Assembly: GCA_964609455.1 (NCBI GenBank)
Contig: CAZSRD010000009.1
Location: 1-32,000, forward strand
Origin: an uncultured Methanosarcinales archaeon
GTDB taxonomy: Archaea > Nanobdellota > Nanobdellia > Woesearchaeales > JACPBV01
Direction: 5' to 3'
Length of the DNA: 32,000 bases
Below the pieces are notes generated by a model. It had not been told where the DNA came from, did no database searches, and saw only the letters and a program-made list of their open reading frames with translations. Positions 1 through 8,869 of this stretch are shown here, one piece after another. The position numbers and the translations under genes are program-made. How positions within the stretch are numbered: position 1 is the first letter of the stretch; every line of letters begins with the position of its first letter.

Positions 1-2
1 TT

Positions 3-3000
3 TATGCTCAAAAAGAAGGTAAAACAGGAGCTATCCGAGACCATTTTGTCAATTATCTTGTTGATAGGATTGCTCCAACCATAGATGAAATAAAATTATT
101 TGAGAATGGAGTTACTGACAAAACAGATTCAAAAGAGATTGAGTACGGAAGAAATGCTGTAATAAAAGCAAGAGTTAATGATTTTGATGGCGGAACTGTT
201 ATTGATTTGATACCTGCGAGCGGCGTTAAAGAAGTTTGGTTATGTATTGATTCTAAACCTTGCTTAAAGGATTTCTATGATAATACTACAGATGCTAATG
301 GATATTATCAATTCAATCTTAGTGCTTTAGGTAGGGGGGCTCATACTGTTTATTTCTATGCACTTGATAATGAAACAAACCTTAATGATTCTGTTGAGTA
401 TACATTTAATGTGGTTGATACAAGGGGGCCAGATATTTATGTTGTTTACCCAGAGAATAATGCAACAGGAGAACAAACAACACTTTTGAATTTTTCAACT
501 TCAGAAGAGGCAAGATGTGATCTTTATCTTTTTGGAGCAACTGCACCTTCAATGCAAGAAACAGGATTTAAAAAAGGACATCCTTTCCAGGGTATAGGCC
601 TTAACCCACCTCAAGGACTTGCTCAAGAGCAAATAACCTCATTTAATGTTAGCTGTGTGGATACTTTAGGCAATTTCAATTCAATAAAAGTAGATATAAC
701 CTATTCACGAACATGGCCGCATATAGTTAATATATACCAATCGAGGCTTACAAGCCCCATAACTTCATTTTATAATATTGACAGGATTACTAGTTTAGAA
801 GTTGTTACGGATATTAATACGAGATGCGCATATTCTGGAGGCTTGTCTTCGGATCCAGATAATGTACCACCTACAGATTTCAATTTAATGACTTTGATGG
901 ACGATAGGATAATAACGACCCACTCTAGAGATTTGACACCAGACCTTATACAAATACCTAATTTTGCAGAAAATAAGGATTATACTTATTATGTATTGTG
1001 TAGGTATATATCACCACCGTATAGAGTTTCTGATCTTGGCCAGGTAGACTTTACTGTTAATGTTGGCTTTGGTTTTGTTGGTGTTGGGTCACCTCAAGGA
1101 AAAATAAATTATAGTGAAGTTACCTTAAATGTGAATACAACCTTATACTCAAGATGCCAGTATAAGTTACCAAGTGAAACTGCATGGATTTTCTTTAAAA
1201 ATGAGGCTACACAACTAAAGGTAGAGCACAAAAACACTTCTAGGATGAATGATGGGATATATGCATATAATATTAGGTGTACACCAGATACTAGCTTTAC
1301 CAGTAATGTGATATCAACGGATTTATTGTTTACTGTTAATACAAAGGGAAAACCAATTGCACCAATTATGTGGGGTCTTGACGAGAATGATAGATTTGCT
1401 GATGTTGGAGTTGACACAATTAACCTTGTTGGTTATGTTAATGATACTGGATTGGAAATCCGTTCTGCTGCAATAAAAGGGCAAGACTCCAAACCAGCTC
1501 AACCAGTAACATCTCAGCAAGCATCAAATTTTAAAAATTTAGTAGGTATACTTCCAAGTCTTGAGCCGGGAGGAGGATATGCCAAGGGCGTAACTGTAGT
1601 TAGAATTTCAGATTCCGACGCTTCGAAGATATCTTCTTCAGATTATATAGAATTTGCAAATCATAACTCCACTAATTTTATAAGATATGGTGTTCTTAGC
1701 GTAACAGACATCCAAGAGGAATGGGGGCCTACAAATGTTAACTTTAATCCGCCTTTATCTAAGGATGTACCTTCCGGAACGGTTATTCGTATTTATGATG
1801 GTGAAAAGCCAACTGGTTGGTTTGAAGTAAATGTTCCTTTATTTGAAGGCGAAAATAGAGTTGAGATATATGCGAAAAACTTTGCTGGAGAACCAGGAGA
1901 GCATAAAATAACATACACATATTACGATTCACAACCACCAGTAATCTCTAACTTTAAACTTGATAATGAAGTTTCTGATATTGCAATCTTTAGTGATGGT
2001 GTTATATCTGCTGATTTATCGGATCACTCTATTATTAAGAATGTAAGCATGTATATCAATTCTACCGGGCAGATGGTATTGAAACATAATGAAACCTTTG
2101 ATAAAACAAGTGGAACATTTTCATATACATATGGCCCTTTAAAAAACGGAACCTATATAGCCAATATAACTGCAGTTGATAAGTTTGGCCGTAAGAATCA
2201 TTCTACTTTCTTATTCAGAGTAGATACTTCTTTGCCTGATGCTCCTACATTCAATCTAGATGGGGGAAAGACCAATAGTGATTCTCCAACATTAGAGTTT
2301 ACTTATGAACAAGGAGTTAGTGTTGTTTGGTTACATGGCGTTCCCTATGTTTCTAATAGTACAACTGATAGCAAGACATATACTTTTGTAACATCTGGAC
2401 TAACTGATGGGGTGTATGATATCTCAATTGGAGCTAAATCAATAGCAGAAGGAGGAGTTAGGGCAACTAACTTCAGTTTTATAGTTGATTTAACAGATCC
2501 AACTATTGATATTACCAGTTCTTTCCCTGCTGTTGTAGGCACGCAGTATATTGATATTGATGGAACTTGCGGGGATAATTATGGCGGGGAGCTTGACATC
2601 ATAATAAGAAATGAAACTAGTACAATTTGGGATACAAATTGCTCTGATAGCGGCACATTTAGTTTTGCTGATATTCCTTTAGCAGATGGAATGAATACAT
2701 TAACTGTTGAAATAACTGATGATGCAGGAAATGTTGCAGAGGATAGCCTAGTAATTGAGTTAGATAGGGGATTCCCGCTTGTTCAGATAACAAATATTCT
2801 AAATAATAACCATATTAGTTATACTAACAACAACGAGTTATATAGAACTAATGATTCTAGTTTAACTATTGTTGGTACTTATGAGGACAATAATTTTGAC
2901 CATATAGAAGTTCAACGAAATGGTGTTACAATAACACCTTCAAGGCTTACAACGGGCAGCCCATTCCAAGCTGATATTACTTTAGTTGGGGTTAATGGGG

Positions 3001-5042
3001 TTGAAACTTTAAATAATATCAAGATTATAGGTATTGATCAGACTGGATTAACTGATAGTGATGAAGTTAATGTGACTTATGATTTAGGGGGACCACAGAT
3101 TGTGCATATTGTACCTGAAACTTATACTACTGCAAATTTATGGCCTATGATTGAACTAACTTTAAATGAAAAAACAAACTTATGTTATATTAATTATACT
3201 TCTTCAGTTGGGCCAAAAAGTGAACAATTTATTAAAGATACAGATACTCACTTTACATTACAATTGGGTTTTGTTTTAGATAACACTCCAAATGCTGTTA
3301 AGACCCAATACATTAAGATTTATTGCGAGGATCAATTCCTTAATCCTATTGTTCATACAATACCTTTTACAGTAGATTTAAGCCCAGTTACAATAACTGA
3401 CTTTTCACTAGGACATGGTTTAGGCTCAATAATGTTGTATAGCACTGCAGATGTGGAAACTTATGTTATCACCCAGTTTGCAGCTTTAGGCGGAACAGCA
3501 ACAGACATACAATTAAATGCCATAACAAACAAAGATACTAGGTGCACTTATTCTGGCAGTTTGTCTGGGCAATTTGTTAATTATGGTTCTTATACCACAA
3601 CCCATTCAGCTTACGGCATACCTATTTACAACAACAGCCAGTATGAATACCTTCTTGTATGCCAAGACAAGGCAGGAGCATTTACCCCAGTTAAAACAAT
3701 AAGAGTAATAGCTAATACTTCATTCGAGGCAGGGTTGCCAAACATTAACATAAATGAGGTTCTTATTAATGGCAATTTATTAACAACAACGCCTTATAGA
3801 ACAGACCAAAACAAAGTAACCATAAGGGGCGATTTTAGGGATGAGGCTGGGTTAGGCATTAATGTTCTGAGAAATAATGTTTTATTGACGAATATTGATA
3901 AAAGTATAATTACAACTGGCCCAGCTTCTGGCCAATTTGAAGTAAATATAACCTTATTAGGGAATTCTAACCAAGAGACTATCAATAATATAACTTTAAA
4001 AATAGGTGATGGCTCTTTTGCTAAGGCATGGGTTGTAGTAATTAAAGATCTTTTAGGGCCACAGATTGAGCATATTGTACCTGAGACAAACACTACTGCA
4101 GATAATACTCCTACGATAGAGATAACATTAAATGAACCTGCACAAGAGTGCAGGATTAATTATACTGCTTGGTTTACAGGAGAAAATACAGAGGAGAATT
4201 TTGTTGGTTTTGGTGACGCGCATTTTACAGTAACATTGAGCCAGCCAATGGATTATACTCCTAACGGCGTTAAGCTACAAAATATTAAGATCTATTGTAA
4301 AGATATGTTTTCTAATCCGGCTGTGCACACTGTATCGTTTACTATTGATGATACTATTGCAGCAGTAACTGACTTTTCTATTTACCATTCACCTGGTTTC
4401 TTATTGTTGTCTGATGGGGAAAGCACAAGAGAATATGCAATAACCAAATTTACAGGCCAAATCAATCCTTCAACATACATTAAGTTATTGGTGAATACAA
4501 ACAAAGATACTAGGTGCACTTATTCTGGCAGTTCATCTGGCCAATTTAAGAATTATAACACTTATATTAAACAACACGAAACAAACCCTATCCAAATTTT
4601 TAACAATACAGATTATACTTATAATATTGTCTGTGAGGATAAATCAGGACTGCAAACAGGAATAAAGACTATAAAGATACAAGCAGATTCTACTTATGAG
4701 GCCGGGAAACCAACAATAACACCACTTAAACCTACTTATGTTGAGATTCCTGCAAATGCACCAACTATAAACTCATTAGATATATGGTTTAATGGTACTA
4801 TAGAGGCCCCTTTAGGTTATTCTATACAATACGGCAGTTTATTGATAAATGGCGCAGTTTCACAAACACAGCCAATACCTCTTGCTAGTGGAGGTAATTA
4901 TGGTGTGTTGGTGCATTTTAATTCAGATGGCATGTATGAATATTATCTCTTTGCAAATGCAAGTAATAACAAAAAAGAAAACAAAACTGGTTATTTAAAA
5001 ATTGATACATCACAGTTAGATGTGGGCATTATAATAGAATGA
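3..5042 (+). CDS. Giant secreted surface protein, N-terminus off the 5' edge (1679 aa visible). It is a chain of Ig-like modules, each with a conserved Cys pair, and has no membrane anchor.
   Basis: I translated frame 3 from nt 3 and it stays open. The ORF track start at 207 is only a TTG inside the frame. Module boundaries recur as D-x-(T/S)-x-P (VDTRGPDI, DSQPPVIS, VDTSLPDAP, VDLTDPTID, DLGGPQIV). Cys pairs repeat as xRCxY(S) ... YxYxVxCxD. N-x-S/T sequons are dense (I counted 18 in about the first 700 aa of the tracked ORF). The C-terminus has no hydrophobic stretch. The stop overlaps the next ATG (ATGA at 5039-5042). Confidence 0.8.
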   Translation, partial: YAQKEGKTGAIRDHFVNYLVDRIAPTIDEIKLFENGVTDKTDSKEIEYGRNAVIKARVNDFDGGTVIDLIPASGVKEVWLCIDSKPCLKDFYDNTTDANGYYQFNLSALGRGAHTVYFYALDNETNLNDSVEYTFNVVDTRGPDIYVVYPENNATGEQTTLLNFSTSEEARCDLYLFGATAPSMQETGFKKGHPFQGIGLNPPQGLAQEQITSFNVSCVDTLGNFNSIKVDITYSRTWPHIVNIYQSRLTSPITSFYNIDRITSLEVVTDINTRCAYSGGLSSDPDNVPPTDFNLMTLMDDRIITTHSRDLTPDLIQIPNFAENKDYTYYVLCRYISPPYRVSDLGQVDFTVNVGFGFVGVGSPQGKINYSEVTLNVNTTLYSRCQYKLPSETAWIFFKNEATQLKVEHKNTSRMNDGIYAYNIRCTPDTSFTSNVISTDLLFTVNTKGKPIAPIMWGLDENDRFADVGVDTINLVGYVNDTGLEIRSAAIKGQDSKPAQPVTSQQASNFKNLVGILPSLEPGGGYAKGVTVVRISDSDASKISSSDYIEFANHNSTNFIRYGVLSVTDIQEEWGPTNVNFNPPLSKDVPSGTVIRIYDGEKPTGWFEVNVPLFEGENRVEIYAKNFAGEPGEHKITYTYYDSQPPVISNFKLDNEVSDIAIFSDGVISADLSDHSIIKNVSMYINSTGQMVLKHNETFDKTSGTFSYTYGPLKNGTYIANITAVDKFGRKNHSTFLFRVDTSLPDAPTFNLDGGKTNSDSPTLEFTYEQGVSVVWLHGVPYVSNSTTDSKTYTFVTSGLTDGVYDISIGAKSIAEGGVRATNFSFIVDLTDPTIDITSSFPAVVGTQYIDIDGTCGDNYGGELDIIIRNETSTIWDTNCSDSGTFSFADIPLADGMNTLTVEITDDAGNVAEDSLVIELDRGFPLVQITNILNNNHISYTNNNELYRTNDSSLTIVGTYEDNNFDHIEVQRNGVTITPSRLTTGSPFQADITLVGVNGVETLNNIKIIGIDQTGLTDSDEVNVTYDLGGPQIVHIVPETYTTANLWPMIELTLNEKTNLCYINYTSSVGPKSEQFIKDTDTHFTLQLGFVLDNTPNAVKTQYIKIYCEDQFLNPIVHTIPFTVDLSPVTITDFSLGHGLGSIMLYSTADVETYVITQFAALGGTATDIQLNAITNKDTRCTYSGSLSGQFVNYGSYTTTHSAYGIPIYNNSQYEYLLVCQDKAGAFTPVKTIRVIANTSFEAGLPNININEVLINGNLLTTTPYRTDQNKVTIRGDFRDEAGLGINVLRNNVLLTNIDKSIITTGPASGQFEVNITLLGNSNQETINNITLKIGDGSFAKAWVVVIKDLLGPQIEHIVPETNTTADNTPTIEITLNEPAQECRINYTAWFTGENTEENFVGFGDAHFTVTLSQPMDYTPNGVKLQNIKIYCKDMFSNPAVHTVSFTIDDTIAAVTDFSIYHSPGFLLLSDGESTREYAITKFTGQINPSTYIKLLVNTNKDTRCTYSGSSSGQFKNYNTYIKQHETNPIQIFNNTDYTYNIVCEDKSGLQTGIKTIKIQADSTYEAGKPTITPLKPTYVEIPANAPTINSLDIWFNGTIEAPLGYSIQYGSLLINGAVSQTQPIPLASGGNYGVLVHFNSDGMYEYYLFANASNNKKENKTGYLKIDTSQLDVGIIIE
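2841..4760 (+). repeat. In-frame tandem duplication of a roughly 320-aa (about 960-970 bp) multi-module unit inside the giant protein gene
   Basis: An identical 37-mer acaaacaaagatactaggtgcacttattctggcagtt occurs at 3525-3561 and 4497-4533 (offset 972). ccacagattgTgcatattgtacctgaAac at about 3093 matches ccacagattgAgcatattgtacctgaGac at about 4059 (offset 966). The protein units align from YRTNDSSLTIVG / YRTDQNKVTIRG through LGGPQIVHIVPET / LLGPQIEHIVPET to NKDTRCTYSGSLSGQF / NKDTRCTYSGSSSGQF. Unit boundaries are approximate. Confidence 0.85.
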
Positions 5043-7906
5043 AACTAAACAAAAATAATTTGAAAAGCTGGGTTGTTGTAGTGTTTATGTTATTTATTTT
5101 AGTACACTTTGTTGAGTCTATAGGCACTTATTACAATCCCACGCCTACTTTTAAATTGAATTTTTCAAAACCAGTTGTAGTAGAATCAATTGTTGTAACG
5201 CTTAAAAATTTATCTAATTCTGATTTTTCAAGTTATTTGAGCAGAAATTCTGTTTCTACTGACAGGAAGAATGTGACTTATATTACTACACAGGCTTTGC
5301 CAGAAGGAAATTCATATAATTTTACTATAAAAGCAACTGATGATAGTGGCGGGCAAGTGAATAAAACAATTTTGTTTAATATAGAGTACCCTCCTTTAGA
5401 TATTCAAATTGTTGAGCCCAGGTTTAGCGTTACTGCTAATGATTCAGTTGATTTAGCGGTTAGTACAGCTAGATACGCGAAATGTAATCTTAGCCTTATA
5501 GGTTTTGATTATCTTGATTTATTTGAAACTACACAGGGTACGGAACATAGAGAAGATGATGTGCCCATATATACACAATCGCCATACGAAACAGATTTAT
5601 ATATTAGGTGTGTAGGTAACTTTGGTAAGGTTTATGATGCAGAGCCGAAAATAATTTATGACCATGTTGCTCCAACCATAAGTTTAACTGCAGATGATGT
5701 AACCGAAACACCATTTGAGACGACACTTTATGTTACTTCAACTGGGCTAGGGAATGAGCCAGTTATATGTAGATATAGCAATGATACTGTACATTTCCCT
5801 GATATGATAGAATTTGAAGATTATGATGAGGATAACATAACTTCATATAAACCAAGCCATGAGCAGGTTGTTGGTGCCCCGTACATTAAAGATAATTCAA
5901 CAGTGAGTTTTTCTGTTGTTTGTGCCGACAAATCCGGAAGATTGTCTAATGCAGCAGATGTTGATGTTGATGTTGATACAACAAAACCAGCATCCTTAGA
6001 AATAAATTTCCCTACTGGACCCGTATCTTCTACAGGTATACATTTTGATATTAGTGCAAACAAAAGATTCCAACGATGTGATTATAAGGCTTCTGGAGGT
6101 AGTTATAGAAATTTTGTTGCTGGTTTAGATACAAATAATTATGTTAGTTCAACTTTAATTGTTCTTTCTCCAGGAAGTTATACTTATTATGTAAAATGTG
6201 GTTTTCGTAATGCAACTACCGGTTATCCTTATTATGTTGAAAAAAGTACAAGCTTTGTGATTGATAATACTGCTCCTAACATGACTCGTATTGAGATGAT
6301 ATCTCCTTTAGATAATAATACAGGTAAGACCTATAGGGATGATGAGTTGAATTTAGAATGGGAATCACAGGATAATGAAAGCTCTGTTGACTTGTATGCT
6401 TATTATGTCTATTGGGATAAAACAAGCGGTATTCACCCCCTTATAGAAACAGGAACGATTCCCCCTGCCAGCGATAATGAGTATGGGATAGATCATTTAT
6501 CTTTGAATAATTCTCAAAAATATTATGTTCTAGTACAAGCTAGAAATGCAGTTGGTTTGTGGGGTGGCAATATCTCCAGTTCATCTATTCAAGTCGATAC
6601 AAGCTTGGTTCCAGCTGGCTGCAACAACAATAAGAAAGAGGGCACGGAAACGGATATTGATTGCGGGGGCAGCTGCCCTGATTGCGGTTTGAGGAAGAAC
6701 TGCACTGAGAATTCTGATTGCGCAAGTAATTATTGCAATTCATCTAATAAATGTGATTCTGCAGAATGCGATGATAATATACTAAATGGCGCAGAGTCTG
6801 ATGTTGATTGCGGCGGAAATTGCAGAAAATGCGCAGTGGGTAAATATTGTGATAGAGACTCAGATTGCCTTACTGGAAATTGTGATTCGAGTACAGACAA
6901 ATGCGCTGCTGTTTTAGACACATGCTATAACAGCAGGCTGGATCCTGCTGAAACTGATGTTGATTGCGGGGGCAGCTGTCCTGGTTGCGGCGTTGGAAAG
7001 AATTGCGATGCAGATGATGATTGCATGTCAACAGCAGAATGCGCTGCTGGCCTTTGTAAATTGAAGCCTGTAGACACTGATGGAGACGGGGTTAATGATG
7101 ATGTGGATAATTGCCCAAGTGTTTCTAATACTAACCAGGCAGATGCTGACAATGATGATGTAGGAGATGCTTGCGATAATGATGCTGACAATGATGGCTT
7201 GCCAGATTCTTTTGAACAGCAATATTTCAATTGTATAAGCTGCGCAAATCCCAGTGATGATCCAGATAAGGACGGTTTAACAAATTTAGATGAGTATACT
7301 TATAATACAAACCCTACGAAAAAAGACACTGATGGGGATGGCGCAAGCGATAAGGAGGAAATTGATGCTGGCACGGATCCACTTGATAAAAGTTCAAAGC
7401 CAGGCGGAGGCGATTTCTGGAAATATTTATTCATTATATTTATATTGATTGCATTGGGAGTTGGCGGCTATTTTGGTTATGGGATGTTAAAGCAGAATAA
7501 AAAACCATTTGTGCCACCAAAAGCTCCTACAAAGGCCCCTATGAGGGGGCCAAGTATGCCTGTAAGAAGGCCAATGCCTATGATGAGAAGGCAGTTAAAT
7601 TCTGCTAGGCCACAATATGCACCATTAAAAACACAGATTCAAAAATTTGTAAAACCTATATCTAATATTATAAAACCAGCACCTGCCCAGGTGAAGAAAG
7701 TTGAGCTTGAGGAACCCAAAGTAACGCCAAAAAATAAATTAGAAGAGAAAAAAGAAGATATATTCAAAAAACTGCATGAAATAGCAGCAGCAGAAAGGGA
7801 AGAGCAGGTGGAAAAGAACATGAAATCTTTAAAGATGACAGATAAGGAACTTAAGGACAGAATTCAAAAGTTAAGGAGTGAGCTAAAAATACCTGTGAAA
7901 AAATAA
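5039..7906 (+). CDS. Type-I membrane-anchored surface protein. Order: signal peptide, Cys-pair Ig-like modules, 3x Cys-rich repeats, thrombospondin type-3-like Ca-binding repeats, TM helix, Pro/Arg/Lys-rich and coiled-coil cytoplasmic tail.
   Basis: The N-terminus is MKLNKNNLKSWVVVVFMLFILVHFVES (charged n-region plus hydrophobic core). It carries the same xxCxY...YxxxCxD modules as the upstream gene (AKCNLSL..YIRCVGN, ICRYSND..VVCADKSG, QRCDYKAS..YVKCGFRN). The TM helix is FWKYLFIIFILIALGVGGYFGYGML (7415-7489). The tail is KKPFVPPKAPTKAPMRGPSMPVRRPMPMMRR followed by a charged heptad-like EEKKEDIFKKLHEIAAAEREEQVEKNMKSLK. Confidence 0.85.
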   Translation: MKLNKNNLKSWVVVVFMLFILVHFVESIGTYYNPTPTFKLNFSKPVVVESIVVTLKNLSNSDFSSYLSRNSVSTDRKNVTYITTQALPEGNSYNFTIKATDDSGGQVNKTILFNIEYPPLDIQIVEPRFSVTANDSVDLAVSTARYAKCNLSLIGFDYLDLFETTQGTEHREDDVPIYTQSPYETDLYIRCVGNFGKVYDAEPKIIYDHVAPTISLTADDVTETPFETTLYVTSTGLGNEPVICRYSNDTVHFPDMIEFEDYDEDNITSYKPSHEQVVGAPYIKDNSTVSFSVVCADKSGRLSNAADVDVDVDTTKPASLEINFPTGPVSSTGIHFDISANKRFQRCDYKASGGSYRNFVAGLDTNNYVSSTLIVLSPGSYTYYVKCGFRNATTGYPYYVEKSTSFVIDNTAPNMTRIEMISPLDNNTGKTYRDDELNLEWESQDNESSVDLYAYYVYWDKTSGIHPLIETGTIPPASDNEYGIDHLSLNNSQKYYVLVQARNAVGLWGGNISSSSIQVDTSLVPAGCNNNKKEGTETDIDCGGSCPDCGLRKNCTENSDCASNYCNSSNKCDSAECDDNILNGAESDVDCGGNCRKCAVGKYCDRDSDCLTGNCDSSTDKCAAVLDTCYNSRLDPAETDVDCGGSCPGCGVGKNCDADDDCMSTAECAAGLCKLKPVDTDGDGVNDDVDNCPSVSNTNQADADNDDVGDACDNDADNDGLPDSFEQQYFNCISCANPSDDPDKDGLTNLDEYTYNTNPTKKDTDGDGASDKEEIDAGTDPLDKSSKPGGGDFWKYLFIIFILIALGVGGYFGYGMLKQNKKPFVPPKAPTKAPMRGPSMPVRRPMPMMRRQLNSARPQYAPLKTQIQKFVKPISNIIKPAPAQVKKVELEEPKVTPKNKLEEKKEDIFKKLHEIAAAEREEQVEKNMKSLKMTDKELKDRIQKLRSELKIPVKK
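6620..7056 (+). repeat. Three tandem Cys-rich repeats of about 45-50 aa (E-[TS]-D-[IV]-D-C-G-G-x-C-x-x-C-x-x-G-K-x-C-x-x-[DN]-[SD]-D-C ...)
   Basis: The peptides are TETDIDCGGSCPDCGLRKNCTENSDCASNYC, AESDVDCGGNCRKCAVGKYCDRDSDCLTGNC and AETDVDCGGSCPGCGVGKNCDADDDCMSTAEC. Units 1 and 3 are near-identical in DNA: gatattgattgcgggggcagctgccctgattgcggt (about 6654) versus gatgttgattgcgggggcagctgtcctggttgcggc (about 6957). Confidence 0.85.
7070..7390 (+). repeat. Thrombospondin type-3-like Asp-rich calcium-binding repeats
   Basis: DTDGDGVNDDVDNCPSVSNTNQADADNDDVGDACDNDADNDGLPD matches the TSP3 pattern DxDxDGxxDxxDNCPxxxNxxQxDxDxDxxGDxCDxD. It is followed by DDPDKDGLTNLDEYTYNTNPTKKDTDGDGASDKEEIDAGTDPLD (the bacterial/archaeal DxDxDG..D..E...GTDP variant). 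Confidence 0.8.
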
Positions 7907-7907
7907 A

Positions 7908-8405
7908 ATGACTTCTAAACAAAGCCAGATAACTGTACAGGTATTCGTTTATATCGTCGCTATTATTTTGTTTTCTTTTATTTTGATTTACGGGTATAAT
8001 TCAATAAGGGGGTTTAAGGAAAGGTCAGAGCAGATATCATATATCAAGTTTAAGACAGATTTAATCTCTGCTGTTGATAGGATATCTCCTGATTATGGAA
8101 CTTTGAAAAGAGAAGAGTTTTATATTGGCGGGGAATATAACAAGATTTGTTTTGTTCAGAGTTACAAAAAGGCAGTTAATTTTGTTGATGATGTTGATTG
8201 GAATGGCGACTTGATTGTTAAGGATAGTGTCGAAAGCGGGGTTGAGAAAAATACATTTTTGTTTACAAACACCCTACAAGAATCTTTTGATATTGGCCCA
8301 ATAAATGTGAGTGATGGGTATAACTGCGCTCTTGTTAGGAACGGCAAAGTAAAAATACAGTTTAAAGGCGAAGGAGATCATGCATATATATCTAATTGGG
8401 GGTGA
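7908..8405 (+). CDS. Small N-terminally signal-anchored extracytoplasmic protein of unknown function
   Basis: The 165-aa ORF starts 1 nt after the stop of the anchor protein. Its N-terminus MTSKQSQITVQVFVYIVAIILFSFILIYGY is a single hydrophobic helix. It does not fit the [KR][GA] class-III (pilin) cleavage pattern well, so I do not call it a pilin. Confidence 0.6.
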   Translation: MTSKQSQITVQVFVYIVAIILFSFILIYGYNSIRGFKERSEQISYIKFKTDLISAVDRISPDYGTLKREEFYIGGEYNKICFVQSYKKAVNFVDDVDWNGDLIVKDSVESGVEKNTFLFTNTLQESFDIGPINVSDGYNCALVRNGKVKIQFKGEGDHAYISNWG

Positions 8406-8869
8406 TTACCATTAATTGCGATATGTGCGGCAAGGAATCGAGCTTATTTAAAACGGACTTAGAAGGATCAATACTTAGCTTGTGCAGTGATTGTTCTAAG
8501 TATGGGAGTGTTATTTCTGCTATTAGGGAAGAGAAAGAAGAGCCTAAAAAACATGTTCGAGAGATTAAGCAAGAGCAAGAAGAAATAGTATTGGCCATAG
8601 TCCAAGGTTATGGGGATATTATAAAAAAGAAAAGAGAGGATTTCGGTATAAAACAAGAAGACGTTGCTAAGAAAATTAATGAAAAAGTTTCTTTAATCCA
8701 CAAGCTGGAAATAAACCAGTTTGAGCCTTCAATCGAACTTGCTAGGAAGATTGAGAAATTTTTACATGTTAAATTGGTAGAACAACAAAAACTTGGGTTA
8801 GAACCACTAAATACTCCAAAAGGGGAGCATTTCACTATTGGAGATTTTATTAAGATTAAAAAGAGATAG
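8396..8869 (+). CDS. mbf1: Archaeal multiprotein-bridging factor 1 (N-terminal zinc ribbon plus C-terminal XRE-type HTH)
   Basis: The zinc ribbon is C-D-M-C ... C-S-D-C (NCDMCGKE...LCSDCSKYG). An acidic/Lys linker follows, then the HTH IIKKKREDFGIKQEDVAKKINEKVSLIHKLEINQFEPSIELARKIEKFL. The start must lie upstream of the first Cys, so TTG 8396 or GTG 8402 rather than ATG 8423. It overlaps the upstream gene by up to 10 nt. Confidence 0.85.
   Translation: MGVITINCDMCGKESSLFKTDLEGSILSLCSDCSKYGSVISAIREEKEEPKKHVREIKQEQEEIVLAIVQGYGDIIKKKREDFGIKQEDVAKKINEKVSLIHKLEINQFEPSIELARKIEKFLHVKLVEQQKLGLEPLNTPKGEHFTIGDFIKIKKR

Noticed and set aside
1109-7821. Nine minus-strand ORFs of 60-102 aa inside the two giant surface genes (for example 1109-1417, 3794-4093, 6925-7230).
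   Set aside because: They are shadow ORFs antisense to long, motif-rich coding frames. Their products are low-complexity (Ser/Leu/Phe-rich) with no motifs and no plausible promoters.
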